A stretch of DNA of 64,000 bases from assembly GCF_020085105.1 (NCBI RefSeq), contig NC_058053.1, positions 24,541,196 to 24,605,195 of the forward strand. The letters run 5' to 3'. The stretch is from Siniperca chuatsi (lineage: Eukaryota). Under the pieces are notes generated by a model that was not told the origin of the DNA, did no database searches, and was given only the letters and a program-made list of their open reading frames with translations. Of this stretch, positions 25,331 through 38,914 are shown in pieces; positions within the stretch are counted from its first letter, which is position 1; every line of letters begins with the position of its first letter. The position numbers and the translations under genes are program-made.

Positions 25331-28300
25331 TTTTGCCTGGTGCTTGTAAATTGTATAGGTAGATTATGAGTAGTATAATGTTACAACAGCATGTCCAGGC
25401 CCTGTTGGTGACAAACCACAGGCCCAAAGCGGTACTAAAACACAATTTAGAAAAGTCATATTGAGAATTATAAAGGCACTTACCACTGGCCCTGGGTGAT
25501 ACATTGTTAGTCTCGTTATGAATAATAAGAGGGTATTAAGGTGATTTTAGCTGAACTGACAACGAGTGACATTCTGGTGTCTAGACCCTACACACAGTGT
25601 ACCGGCAGGCTAAATTCATAGATGTCATTAATGCGGAGTATATATGGCAGAAATAAGGCTGTTTGTTGTGCAGTAAAGTCGTCATTTGATGGGATTTATG
25701 CAGACTGTGTGTAGCTGGCCAGTTTCCGGGACATGGTGGTGTTTTTTGTTAAATATTGCAGGTCTCTTCTCTCTTGTCGTGCGCTATAGGCTTCATTTCA
25801 CCATCATCTCTTGACAAATAGGAGTGCACTCGTGAGGTTATTGTTGCACCAAAAAATGCCTTTTGTTAAAGTCAGAGGTCATTTCAGCACCACAGTGACA
25901 CCGACAGCTCCTCTGCTCTCAGGAGATGATGCTTGTTTTCACGTTTCAGCACTTTCACCTTCAAATAACTCATTCAACTGTAAAATACAACACATTGTTG
26001 GTAAAATATATATATATATATTCCATGTGTGTGTGCTTCATAACTAGCGTGCACTAGGGCCCATTGTAAGTACCTTACGCCACTGGAATTTAACCATCAT
26101 AGAGACCTCTATAGATAACACAGAGACTACCAGATACTGTTACCAGACAAGTAGGATTGATAAATAAGTACATAAAAAATACTGCCATAGGGATTATAAT
26201 AATAGCTTATAAATGATTTTCTTTGACTATGTTTCAGTTTCCGTACCTCTGCAGCCATTCATTTTACAGCCTTTATCTTTCTGTAACATGTGTTCTCATA
26301 TTCAGTCTTAGTCTGCAGTTTGAATTGCTTTCAGCTCTGTAGATGAAAAAGCATTGATTGAACTTATATAACTACCATATGAATATGGATGTAGGTACCT
26401 CTTATGCATCTCTTTGTCCTTGAATAATAAAGTATTCCCACAGTTATTTAAATTACGATCAAATACTGAATGTTTCTCTACACAGCCAACAATTGTGAAA
26501 GAAATGTTCTTATCCCCCTGTGATTTAAATCACAATATTGTAGATGGTCACAAGAATGCGATTGCACAAGGATGTAGAGCCATTTATGATTTCTTTTACA
26601 GATAGAAAAATAGAGCTCTTTTTATAATAGGGTGGCCAGATGTAGCAATTGAATTGTAACAGTTTTGATTTGCAAGTTGTCCTGGCATCCTGATAAATTT
26701 AATAATTGATTTGATATAAATTATTTGATATTTACTCTGAATGTACGTTTTTTTTTTTGCTTTTCAGGAAAGTAAGAAAGCTTTTAAAAGCACTGGTGTA
26801 GAGCTCTGCTGGGAGCAGGAAATGCCATTTTCTTCCTCAAAACTCATCATTGAAAACTATTTTCATCCTTGGAATTTCAGGTTGGTAAAAGGTTTGGACA
26901 ATTTGTCTGCCTGCTGTCCTCTCAGGAGCTGTGCTGCTGACACGGCAGCTGATTCTCAGGACAGTGACGGCCCGAAGGGAGGGCAGAGTCGGTGTGGACT
27001 GAACGGGTGGAAGCTTCAGTGGTGCTTATATGCCACTGATGTCTTGTGTCTGATGTGAAGCTCACAGCCAACATCTGAAAAGAAGGGGACATGTCTGTCT
27101 GCAGCCCTATACTACATAAGTGGAAAACTGCATTTGTACACAATACAGGAAGCGTACGCTTTTGGATGACATTAGTGGCCTTTACTGTAATCATGATAAA
27201 GCACATCTGCTCTGTTCACAGCTCCATACTTGCAAAACTATTGTTTTATATGTGGCAGACAATTTTTTCCTTTCTTATTCTTTCCCACTGCTCGTCAGAA
27301 TTTCTAGAGGAAGTCTACTTGTTCTGTTCTTTAATCCTCACCTGCTCACAGTGATGTGTTGCAAAATGTCAGTGCAGATTTTGTATATAAAAAGGATTTG
27401 ATGGGTCATTTGACCAGGAGACTTAGTGTTTTCATATACATATTGACACGTTTTTAGATATTGATAGTGTGTACACCAGTTATAAAGATGATTTAGGTAT
27501 GAGATGTGTTCAAATTCATGTGGAATTCCAGTGTAAGTAGATATGGAAACCCAGTATGTATAATTGCAGGGGTGATGCTCAGTAAATCAATCAATTTGTG
27601 TCTGTGGGTGGAGGAGTTTGGTTGTACATCTACCTGAGAAGCTTTTCTCTAATCATTTTATGCACAATGACCTGCAGAATAGTCACCAGGAAACAAGCTG
27701 CATATTTATTTTGTGTTGCAACAGAGATATAGAAATATTATGCAGTCAGAAGACAATGCTGTTGATGATCCAGGTTGTGAATTTTCTTCTGGGGAGGATT
27801 TGGTGGAAGAGTGGTGCAAAGCTTTGCGTACAGTTGAATACACCCCTTTCAGACGTGCGCTTCTCTCAGAATACTGGCAATTTGAAATGTTGGCTCCGTG
27901 TTTTTAAACAGATCCAGATTTAATTTTTCTGGAAAAGTCACAATGACAGTCTGACTAGATAGGACCACGTAACATTTCCGTAATTCTTCCAACACACCTC
28001 AAGTCTTGACTGAATGCAGTCGCATCAACGGAAAGGCTAGAGTACACACACAAATACACATTAGAGAAAGAGATATTAACTGCACATATGTTCCTTATGA
28101 CAGTGTAATAAGTACACTTCTCACATAAATATAATTTCTTTTGCGCAAGAAAAAAAAAATCAGTACAGTAAGAAACTTGTTTAGAAAACAATTACTGTGA
28201 GTGAGCTGTAAGATGTTCTTCTAGCATTACGTGAGCCTATAAATACATTTTCATCATGATGTTTTTTCCTTGCAATATAATGCAGCAGAAGAAAAAAAAA

Positions 28301-31300
28301 ACCCCATTAATCAGCCATGTCCTTCTAAATTTTCTATTTCCGTTGATGCCCACTTACAAGAAGAAAATCTAGTAAAATAGTTTACTCACAATATCAACAT
28401 AGGAATGAAAGCCTATATTAATTGTACCTGTTGAAACGGTCTTGTAGTAAAAGCTGCAGGGACAAATCTGTATATGGAGTGATCATTAAATGAGAGGAAC
28501 AGAGTGGTGCTGTTGAAAAAGCATGAGTAGTCTGACGCTTGAAATCCTATACAAAATGTTATACTATGTCTGATTGAGATGTAAGGAGAAATTCTTCATA
28601 CAGTCAATACAGAATCAACTAACCTCTTCTCATTAACTTCATATAAATATACTGAACACTGCAAAACTTATAAACATGAGTTGTTCTAACTAAGTCTTTT
28701 AACTTAAAATGATTTTGAATGAATATACTCCTGAGTGTTCACTCTACTCATTAAGTGTCTAAAGAAGCTTGATCAGCTTACTAGCAGACTTCCCAGTGTG
28801 TATTGTTTGAGACTCTCCAGAGACCCCTCTTTTTGTTTGAAGAAAACACTCATGATGGAAACCTGCTGTGTCTTTACATTTTTTTTACTCTATACGAGTT
28901 CGCTTTTTCAAAACTCAGTCACAGTCAGCACAGCACTCGATATGGCGTTTGACCGTTCTCTTCCAGTCACAGAGTGGTTTACAGCCCATCCCAGGATGGT
29001 GTCACTTTTCCTTCCACCTGACCTTACTCTCCATTCCACAAACCCGCAGAGCAATTATTTTCCTCATGGAAGTGGAAAGTTTATCACCACCAGCCACATG
29101 ATCAGATGAAACAATGGCCACATTGAATGCTGGATATCTGGCCATATCTGCAGAAGATTGTCAGGGAATGGATCAAACGTAAAAATTTCCCAGGTGTATT
29201 GTAAGAGAGGACATAAGGTGTCATGTGGATGAGAACTTGTGGCCAAATGCAGAAGACAGGGTTGACTAGCACTGTTGTATTTTTGCATCTGTAACTTTTC
29301 TATTCAAGTATGTTTAGTGAATTTGTATAGTTTAGTATTGCATAACTGGAATTACTTTAGTTTCATTTTGTGCACTTGGAATTAATTGCTGCAAAAAAAA
29401 CAAACATTGAAGCATATTCCAGCATTTGATTCATTTCTGTGACATGTTCTGTTAGGAAGCACAATTCAGGCAATAAAGATGTGACCTTATTTGTAATGCT
29501 ACCTGTTGTTAGTGATTTCTATGATCAATATGAGTGTTACTATTGGCAGACAAATGCTGTCAGTGTTCGGGTAAACTAGTTGCTTTGGTTGCACTAATGC
29601 ATTCTGGATGTGAGATCTGTTGCGCTGAGCTGCATGTCGGTATAGAGAAATGTGACTTAGCAATTGAAAAAAATGAATACATGTTAAGCAGGCGCGTCAT
29701 GCCCATTCAAGCTGTGGGGGCATGTGCCCCACCAGATTTTTGATATCTGAATATATTATTTTATTTTACTATTATTGTTTTTATAATATGTAGTTATGAT
29801 CATTTTAAATTATGAGTCAAACGTATTCTTCTAATTTTATGTCATACATCATACCTCAAAAATCCCCCCGTCTAGTTAGGCCCTATATCAGTGTGTGTAG
29901 GTGTGGTTACAGGTTATATGTACTTAGGCTAGTGGTGATGGTGGATCTTTCAAGGAGGCTGAGCAGTTTGGAAAATAAGTTACTGCTGCTCAGTCTGAGC
30001 TTTTATTGGCAATGGAGCATCTGTACTCATGCTGCTTCCTATGCATTGTGTTTGAAAATACAGCTATTACCATGTTGGCAGGTTCCTTGTATCTGTGGCT
30101 TTATTGTCTCTGTTCTTTAAATCTCTAAATAAAAATCAACAATGTTAACCCTAATATAAAGTGGGAGATTACTGAGCTAAAATGGATTTAGTTAAAGGTT
30201 GGGTATGCGGTTCTGGAGAAATCCAATACCGTGACAAATACCATGATAAAGAGCGAACAACGACACAGCAAGTAATGTAATTAACGTTGTAACGCAGCTA
30301 GGTTGTGTGTTAGCAAACTGTCCCTACAGTTGCTGCTGCGAAGCTAACAGCCAGAGAGGACGAGGCGGTTTACCAGAGCCAGCACAGCAGCTCCAGACAG
30401 CGATGCTCACAACTCTCATGCTACTATAGCTAACATCACAACAGCAGTATATCTTGGTAAACTAGAAAGTAAGCTGAATGTCCACAAGCAAGTCATTTAT
30501 CATTACCTGACGCAAATCATGGCTGGAATGGCAGGAATAGTGTTGTGTGGCCCGGTCTGAGCCACTGTGTTCATTTCCCATTTACAGAGCCAGGGCTCTG
30601 TACAAACACTGGAGTTTTCTATCAGCACACACACTGAATGGACTGCTAGTGGACCGTGAGGAGATATTAGCTGAATCTAATAAAAAGAAGTGTATTGGAT
30701 TAGAATTGCACACCCCATGTTTAAGTTTAAAAAATAATCCCCTCAAAAGTCTTTGAATATATAGGTTAAATTGCAGAAAATTGCGTAATTATTTTCTTTT
30801 TTTTCTGGGGATTGACCCCTTATAATTATATGAAACCCCTGATGTTAAGTCATGCTGGTTTCTTTTCAGAATTGTAGAAACAATGCTAAGCACAATGAAG
30901 GTAAGTATCAAATTCAGTCACTACCCAAGTACACTTACAATGTAACAGGGTTAGTAGGAGCAGCCTCACATGCTGACTTTGTATTATCTCTGGTACAAAG
31001 TGGCTCTAACAGGAGCAGCGGCAGCTGTAAGTTCTTCTTGTCAAACTAAGAACTGACTCTTTAAACAGAAAATGTAAATTGAAAGCAAATCTGTCCGCAA
31101 CATGTGTCAGATTGACTGAACAGTTGTTGATTCAACTTAATATCTTGAGTTTATTGAACTTATTTTCTCAGTTTCAGTGAACTAACCTCAGTTGGTTTTA
31201 TATTTTCAAAACTCATAAGACGACTTTGAGCTTACAAATTTAAGAAAGCAGGGGAACTTTTTTCAGTTGAACAAGCTTAGGGTAAAAGTTAACCTTTAAC

Positions 31301-32085
31301 GACCCTTGGCAGCAGTTGGCAGCAGTGTACTGTCACTGGGGATTTAAGCTTTATTCTCTTACTGGCGCATAAAATCACTGTTGACCAAAGGAAAATAAAT
31401 ACAAGCTACATTCCTTTAAACATTGAACACCGTTTTCAGTGGTAAACTCTTCTGCACATTGTATCTGGATTATTTTTTACAATAGAGTTTTTTTTTTTGG
31501 AAAAGACCACGATGATGGAAAAAAAGTCTCATCTATCAATGAATGTATCACATGTTTATATTCATGTAACGTTTCATTGTTCAACCAGTCCATCAAAGTT
31601 CGTGTTACAGTGATGCTGGCAGAACAGTGGGTGGAAAAGGGCTTCGCCTCATGGTTTTTGTATTTTGCTGGGATTGTTGAGCAGTGGAGCGGCACAGGAG
31701 GAGGATGATCAGCTACGTCCTGCCCAGAAGGAGCTGATGACCCCTGAGTCAACCTCATCTGTTTCCCCCTGTGGACAAACACTGCAGGAGCTCAGAGCAG
31801 GCTGCTGCTGAGCTGCTGTTCATGTATCACCAACAAAATCTGCTCACAGCAGCCCGCAGCACTCCACACATCACACTGTAAAGACAGCTGTGGAAACAGC
31901 TACTGTGTCATGTACACCTGTAAGATACAGTAAGTCAGGTAAAAAAATACTTAAAACTGATGGAGAAAAAAACCTCAAAACGTGTAGATAAAGTGTAGCT
32001 GGGATTTCATTAAACTCTTGACACCATGAACAGCAAGTATGCAGTGTACTGATTTCATAGTCATAGATTACACCTGCTTCTTCGC

Positions 32086-32135
32086 TGTGTGTGAGTGTGT
32101 GTGTGTGCGTGTGTGTGAGAAAGAGAGAGAGAGAG
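32086..32135. repeat. Compound microsatellite (TG)n(GA)n
   Basis: Direct reading; artefactual ORF 32061-32261. Confidence 0.95.
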
Positions 32136-33289
32136 CAAGACTACAGGTTTCCATTTCTCAAAAATAAATAACCAGTCAACATATGAAAAATGATACTCCC
32201 TGGATAATATTTTCATAAGAAAATGGCTCATATTTTGTATCATGAATTTGAGAAGGTACATTATTCATAAAAAAAAATTGTGTTTCAAATGATGATCACT
32301 CAGTAAAATACTGTTAATAATGCACTCATGCTTCGTAGATCCACCTGACAACACAAAATGAAAAGTACAATGCAACTCTAGTGGTTAATGTTCTGTGGCT
32401 GTATGCTAAGATATTATGTGACCTTCAAAGGTTCATGGATGAGCCAGTTTGGCGCCTCTCCATTCTCAGTCCTCTTTTCCTGCATACAGAAGAGCAAGCT
32501 CAGCAGACAGCAGAGAGGAATAAAAAAAGAAGAGCAGAAGAGAGATGGAGAACTCATTAAGAGAGAATTGATCAGGTCTGGTTCTACCCAGCACTAATGC
32601 CAATATTCTTCCAAGGCTGATGTCTTTGCTAGCACCAAAACAAGTAATCAGTGGCCTTATTACACAGACTACAGAAGTCTACAACAGCCCACTAATGATT
32701 TTGTTTACAGACACAAGAATGATAATTATCGTGCACACGAGCAGGCTGCAGTCTTAATTTATTCACAAAGGGAAAAATCTTTTGGTTTAATTTTTTCCCA
32801 CCCTGCAAAGTAAAATAGGGCGTCACTTAATGTGCTTTGAATTATCTAAAGGACAAAAATAATGTAGACTCTTATAAAGCCTTAGTTTGGGTTTTTGGGG
32901 GAACCCGTGGCCCAAATAAGAAACTAACAAGACTTTGCCTGAAATAAAACCACAAAATAAATTACCATAAGTTAAGGTCTCCCGAACTACACACACAAAA
33001 AAAACCCCAGGACAACAGAGTGATGGAAACAAAATGGCAGCTGCAGCCTCTACAGAGCTTCCTGGCAAGGAGTTAAGGGTAGGATTTAAAATAATTAAAA
33101 TAATTAACTGATTAACTGAAAATGGCCAACTGACCCAAAAGTTCAGCTCCTCAGCCTTTTGGTGCCCCCAGATGGTCTGTGATTGCCTGCAGGTCCAACA
33201 ACTCCTGTAAATTGAAAGACAAAAGAACACATGTGCTTTTTTTTCCTGATCTAACGCCGATCAACACGACAACAATGTCCATGTCTTCC

Positions 33290-33500
33290 AAAACCGTTAC
33301 AAAGTACTAGAAAAAGAAAGGTTTTGGCACTAAAACCACTTGGTTAGGTTTAGGGAAACACTATAAGTACTTTGCTAAGGTTAGAAAAAAAAATCAGGTT
33401 GAAATTACTACTTTGTTAAGGTTAGGATACATTTGTTGTCATGTTTACAATAATAACCTCTTGGTTAAGATTAGGGAACGATTGTGGTCATGGTTAAAAG
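33290..33500. repeat. Family-B repeat copy with tandem TTAGG(G/T)-like units (ggttaggtttagggaaacac ... aaggttaga ... aaggttaggatac ... aagattagggaacg)
   Basis: Direct reading; related to 1378-1500 (shared gtcatggttacaataata ... aagattagggaacgat). Confidence 0.5.
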
Positions 33501-36500
33501 AAACCAAAGATGAATGTAGGAAAGGGCAAAGGAACAGCGGTCTCCTGTCCAATCCAACCAACCCGACCTCTGTCTGCGGACTTTGTTACCCTATAATAAC
33601 ATCAAGAGTCATGATTCCTACTGGTGCTAGAGGTCTTTGTCACTTCCACGCAATCATATGTCGTTTTTGGAGATTTACTGAAATGATGCGTTAATACGTT
33701 TGAAAATTTACACATCCATCTATGGGAGGATGTAAAAAAAGAAGGAAAGGAAGAAACAAGGAAGGAAAGAAAGTAGTTAAAAACGGAGTGACTAGAGAGA
33801 GAGTAGTCACTCTCCCTCTCTACACTGCAGGCAACCCATACAACCCTCTCTATCGCTGATTAAGTCAATAATAGTGTTCTGCATTTTTTTTCCATCAAAA
33901 GATTAATTTTACAAAAGGAAAATTGACTAAGACCAATGAGAGACATTTTGAAGTATGAAATATTAAGGCATTATTTACACTCTCAAAGATTTCCTGAGCT
34001 TTTGTAAGAAAAGTAAAGGCATTGTGTGGAGTAACTGTGTGATGTCAGTTATAGTGTGTACATATGAAAGATTAACAGTTTATTTAATTATCTGCAGATG
34101 AACAGCATCATAGTTGGCAAAAAAGCACAAACAGTGACTCACTATTTACAACAGCAGGCTGTATTTTTTTTATCATATGGCTCCATATGACTCACATGAC
34201 AAACAGATGAAAAATACAGTAGCTGAGTGACATAACGCATAGAGTCTCAATATCTCAGCTGTGAAAAACATTGCCAATGCTGGTTTTGTGTTTGTGTGGG
34301 TGTGTTTCTACAAGTACTGGTGAGGAAGTACAGTTGGAGTATTACGTCCAAGTGTGAAGGCTTAACATGCCAAAACACTGCACTACTCTGGAAAGTTATA
34401 ACAGCAGAAATCATTTTCTCCTCCGTCTTGACGATTGTGAGGTGCACTAGAATTACCCCGTTACCCCAGGTTCAACTTTTTTGAAGGACGACCCTGTGTT
34501 TTGCATACAGTGTATATGCACATTGTTCAGATACCAAAATAAATGAACCAGTCAAGCTTCCAATAGTCCAACCCCACACCCTCGCTGTGGGAGGTGGAAA
34601 CAAGAAAAGTACCAACAAGTCCTCCAAAGTAAACGACACAGCTGTGATAATTAGCTCTCCCTGACGCTGCTCACCTGAGCCACTCCCCCACCTCTCTCTC
34701 TGCTAACCATGCCCACCTCCACACCATGTATCTCCAAATTTGGTGATTTTGAATGTTTGTGAGAAACAGAAGGATTAAGTGTTCCTTTACGGGTTGAGAA
34801 AATTTGCCTCCTTCTTAAACTAAATAAACGCTTTAACCCCCCCCCCCGGATTAGTTGGAAAATGCATCATCACAAAGCTGAAAATGGCTGTTTTTCTGAG
34901 TTTTCTGACTTTTTAGAGATACGTGGTTCGAACAGGACAGCGACACTACAAACATATGATGATCTTATAGAATATGATCCATTGCTGTAGATTAAACTAC
35001 CCAACAGTATTTAAAGTAGTTAAAATTAGTACAACCGTAAACATCTACAGCAGTAAAATGCAACATACACACTAATGTACCAGTATCCAAAAACATAATA
35101 TATAATAGTAAAACACTGACTTCTGCATAATGAGTACTTTTACTTTGGATACTTTAAGTAAATGTTACTGATAATACTTACTTTTACTTAAGTAAGGTTG
35201 TCAATGCAGGAGTTTTACTTGTAGTGGAGTATTTGTACAGCGGTGTTAGTACCTTTACTGGCGACACAGCTGGCTCACAGGGCTCTGGTGAATCTTAAAT
35301 GGGGCCCATTTAATAAGATTATGGCCAATTCAAAAGATTATAGAAGCATCTGTAATGATGTAAGGACCACTGTGGTGGAACTATGCTCCAGTAGATCATC
35401 AAAAACAGCACATTCAAATTGTTGCTACAAAAAAACATGTATATTTTCTTTTCTTATACAGTTTTTAATGAATAAAATTAAATAAATAAATAAGGATTAG
35501 AATATATAAAAAATATTGGCAGTCTATGTGTGGTTCTATCAATGAATGAATCACTGAAAGGTACATTTAAAGCACAATGGGACAGATTTTTTTTCATCAG
35601 TGCTAGAGGCTGGGGGAAAGTTACTGGACTAAGGAGACTTATAAGCCTGATAGGCTGACGGCAAAAATGTATTAATATTTTGGGTGTACTCTTGACCACT
35701 TCCATTAACCATGCATGCCAGTGTGTATTTCAAGTTTTGTCTTTATATTAACATCTTTTGTATCTTAAAATTGTTTTTATCTGCATAAATGAATTGTGTG
35801 ATTTTTTTGTTTGCAAATCTACTTGCCTCAAATTGCATCTTGAGTGGCAAATAAAGTATTTTGAATTCAGTTGAATCTAATTTTTCCAGTAGTATGAATA
35901 ACTTTGAAATTCAAAGGATTCTGCTGGGCTGCTATTATCATTTAAAAGGCTAAATTATTCAACTGACCCCAGTCTGACAGAGATCCAGCTTTCATTGGGT
36001 TAATGAGGGATTTATACATCAACAAACAAGAAATCTGGATACTGCTGATGCTGGAATCAAAGAAACAGCATGCCAATGTGAAAAACAAGGATAGCCCACA
36101 GAGGCAAAAACAATTACTTTCTGTTCAAAAGGATGGACTAACATGAGAAATGATCAAAGTGTGAAACCGAAACACATACGTTGGGGCAGGAAAGACTGCA
36201 GGGACTGTTGTTGGTTGCAGGGTAACAGATGAAAAAGCCTCTGCAGTTCCAGGCATCTTCTAGCAGCCAGAGGAGGGATGTCACATTACTTCTGTGCTCT
36301 CCCAGCTGCTGCAGGGAGAATGTAGCTTGGTCTGTCAACAGCAGCAGCAGCAGTCAATCTGTTTCCAAAGCCCTGCAGCTCAGACAAAGAAAAGGATTTG
36401 GAGGGTACAAGTCTGTGTGAAGCACCATCAGTTGTTGTATAAAGGCTGTTCATGCCCAGCATCTTCGCCAAGGATACTTGATATGTTCAAGACTCAAGGT

Positions 36501-38389
36501 TAGTACACAACTACCAACTGAAGGCCAGTTTACTAAGGCTTTAGCACCTGTTTCTGCTATAAGAGGAGGTTTGAGCAAAAGGTCAATTTCATGTCAAAAT
36601 GGGTCCCAAAATATGCTGCCTTTTCCTTATGAAAATACCATATTTGCGCTACCACTGACTTAGGGCCGGGTAGGTCAGAATCAGTAAACTTTGAAACAGG
36701 AAAAATAAAATAAACTTTTTTACAGAAAGGTAAAGTTGATACAAACATGCATCTGTGGTCTGTAAGAATAAATAACAACAAATTAATATGTGAATTCACA
36801 AGAATTGAGCTATTTCAAGCTATTTTAACCCCTGTATAATTATAAAAATAACCTACCCAATTACCCAGTTTTTATGGCACACTTTCTCCTCAGCAGCTAC
36901 ATTAACCTTAGGTAATAGTCAACAGCCTGAGGTATTAAGTGACTATGAGCTCCAAGGTATTAGTAATGAAGTTAGTTTCCATATTATGGATATGAATACT
37001 TAACACATTACATTCAAAACTAAAACTAAGTACATTACAGTGACCATAAAAGCAAACACAAATATACATTCACGTAACACACTCTGTTAATTAACAGATT
37101 AATGAAAACCAACTATGAATGAAACACATATGCAGTACAATATTCAAGCAAATGCACTAATCAGCCATGACTGATGAGTGGATCACCTTCCCCCTCAGTT
37201 CAGTCACTGTTGCTGCATATACTGTAGTAAAAGTGTACACACAAGAAGTGCAGCTAGCTGAGTGCTACTTTGTGCCACTTTGGATCATCGAGTCTGACTC
37301 AAGTTCAAATCATGTGACTCAATTCCATACCTTTGGCAACTGTGTGTAAGATCAGTAATGCAGATCAGCAATGTGAGGTTTATATAGTATCACCTTAACC
37401 AAGTGATATTGATTCAGTCATTTGTTGTTGCTTCTCCTCACCATATGTTTACCATTCTGTTGCCGTTGCAGATATCGAAGGGATATCCAGTAGACCTTTT
37501 TCACAGAACTCGTCACAGTGGGACAAGCAGTAAATAATAAAATTAATGAGGACTGAATTCCATTTAGCTGCTTTGATTTCAGGCTGCTCGTATTTTTGGA
37601 CACTCATGGCTTACTGGGACACTTGAATAGAATAGAGCCATTGTTAATGTTATTAGTAACACCTGTGCTTTTCCTGCTATAAGTCAAAATGTCTGCTGTG
37701 AACGAACAATTCCAGTGTAGTTAAGATCACAGCAGCGACCTCCTATCCAACAGGCATGCAATCTCTCTGAGGTACTGAGCACAGCTCACACGTTTCAGTG
37801 GACCCCACTGCACAAACACCCATTTATCATCATCATTATTCTGAAGGGCTGAAGATCAGTGACAGGAGGGCATACAGCCAAATCACATCACAAGTGACAT
37901 GATAACACAACAGAGAGAGGTCATCACAGTGGGGAATACTGAATCACTGCAATGTGATGGCGCTTACACAGCTGAGAATTAACTCTGTGCAGAAAAAAAA
38001 TTATGGGGAAGGACAGTTCATCTGATTTATATAAATAAATGAAACACAATTAGATGGAGGGCATTGGTCACCTTGCTTAAATCAAGGATGTCAACGATCT
38101 GGCAAAATTGCTTTTTCTTCTCATTTGCAAGGGTCACACATCCCAGGAAAAGCTGGTGCTGGTGGTTAGTGGAACAAATTGAAGTATGATTCTATAACGA
38201 GTGGAGTTTTTGTTCGTTTCCTTGTTCCTGTTTTATGTTTATATTAATATGTTGTTTTACAGGTCTTTTATTTAACCCTGTCTTCTTGATATTACGCTTA
38301 TATACAGCTAACAACAGCAGATACGTTGTGGGAGAAATGTAAGGCTGGCCCAGTTAGAATATTTTATCAACATAATTAGGAAACAGTTT

Positions 38390-38914
38390 AATATCCCAAG
38401 TCGCTAATGTTAATACTGAATGTGTCTGGAAAATGTTCACTGGTAATGTTTTCCCTACAATATTCACTCGCAGCAATTTCAGCATGACTAATGTTTTTCA
38501 TGGTTATGTTTAGGCACTCACAGTACTTGGTTGAGGTTAGGGGAAGGTCATGGTCTTGGTTAAATATTTGAACAATCAACAGTAACTTGAAGGATGAGAC
38601 ATGCCATAGATACTTGATTAACACTGAATCAAAGTCACAATTTTTCTCTAACCTTAACCAAAGAGCTTTGGTTGCCTAAACCTGACCACACGGGTCTCAA
38701 ACCCCAGTCTCTGAGGTCAATGCCCTAAGTCTTGTAGACTCACCATCAACATCTTGTACAAAAACGCATCACGTTCTTTATTAGAAAAGTCATTGCCAGT
38801 GAACATTATCTAGGCACCAATTATATTTCACTCAAAATGTATTTGGGAAAACAAATAACTGGTGAATAAACATAATTTCTTGGAGACAGGATTGCTTTCA
38901 TAAACTGAGATGTT
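38390..38914. mobile_element. MITE family A copy, right TIR present (atttcttggagacaggattgc at 38894-38914), left end truncated
   Basis: The internal block ggttatgtttaggcactcacagtacttggttgaggttaggggaagg ... ctctaaccttaaccaaag matches A1/A2. Confidence 0.5.

Noticed and set aside
26741-27058. 105-aa ORF with an exon-like piece (ttttgcttttcag|...cag|gttggt) encoding ESKKAFKSTGVELCWEQEMPFSSSKLIIENYFHPWNFR
   Set aside because: No recognisable homology; the splice-like signals could be chance. It is worth a blastx but is not supportable as a feature.
33290-33500. True interstitial telomeric repeat array
   Set aside because: The TTAGGG-like units are isolated and degenerate (TTAGGT, TTAAGG, TTGGGA) and sit within TE copies. 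There is no perfect tandem array.
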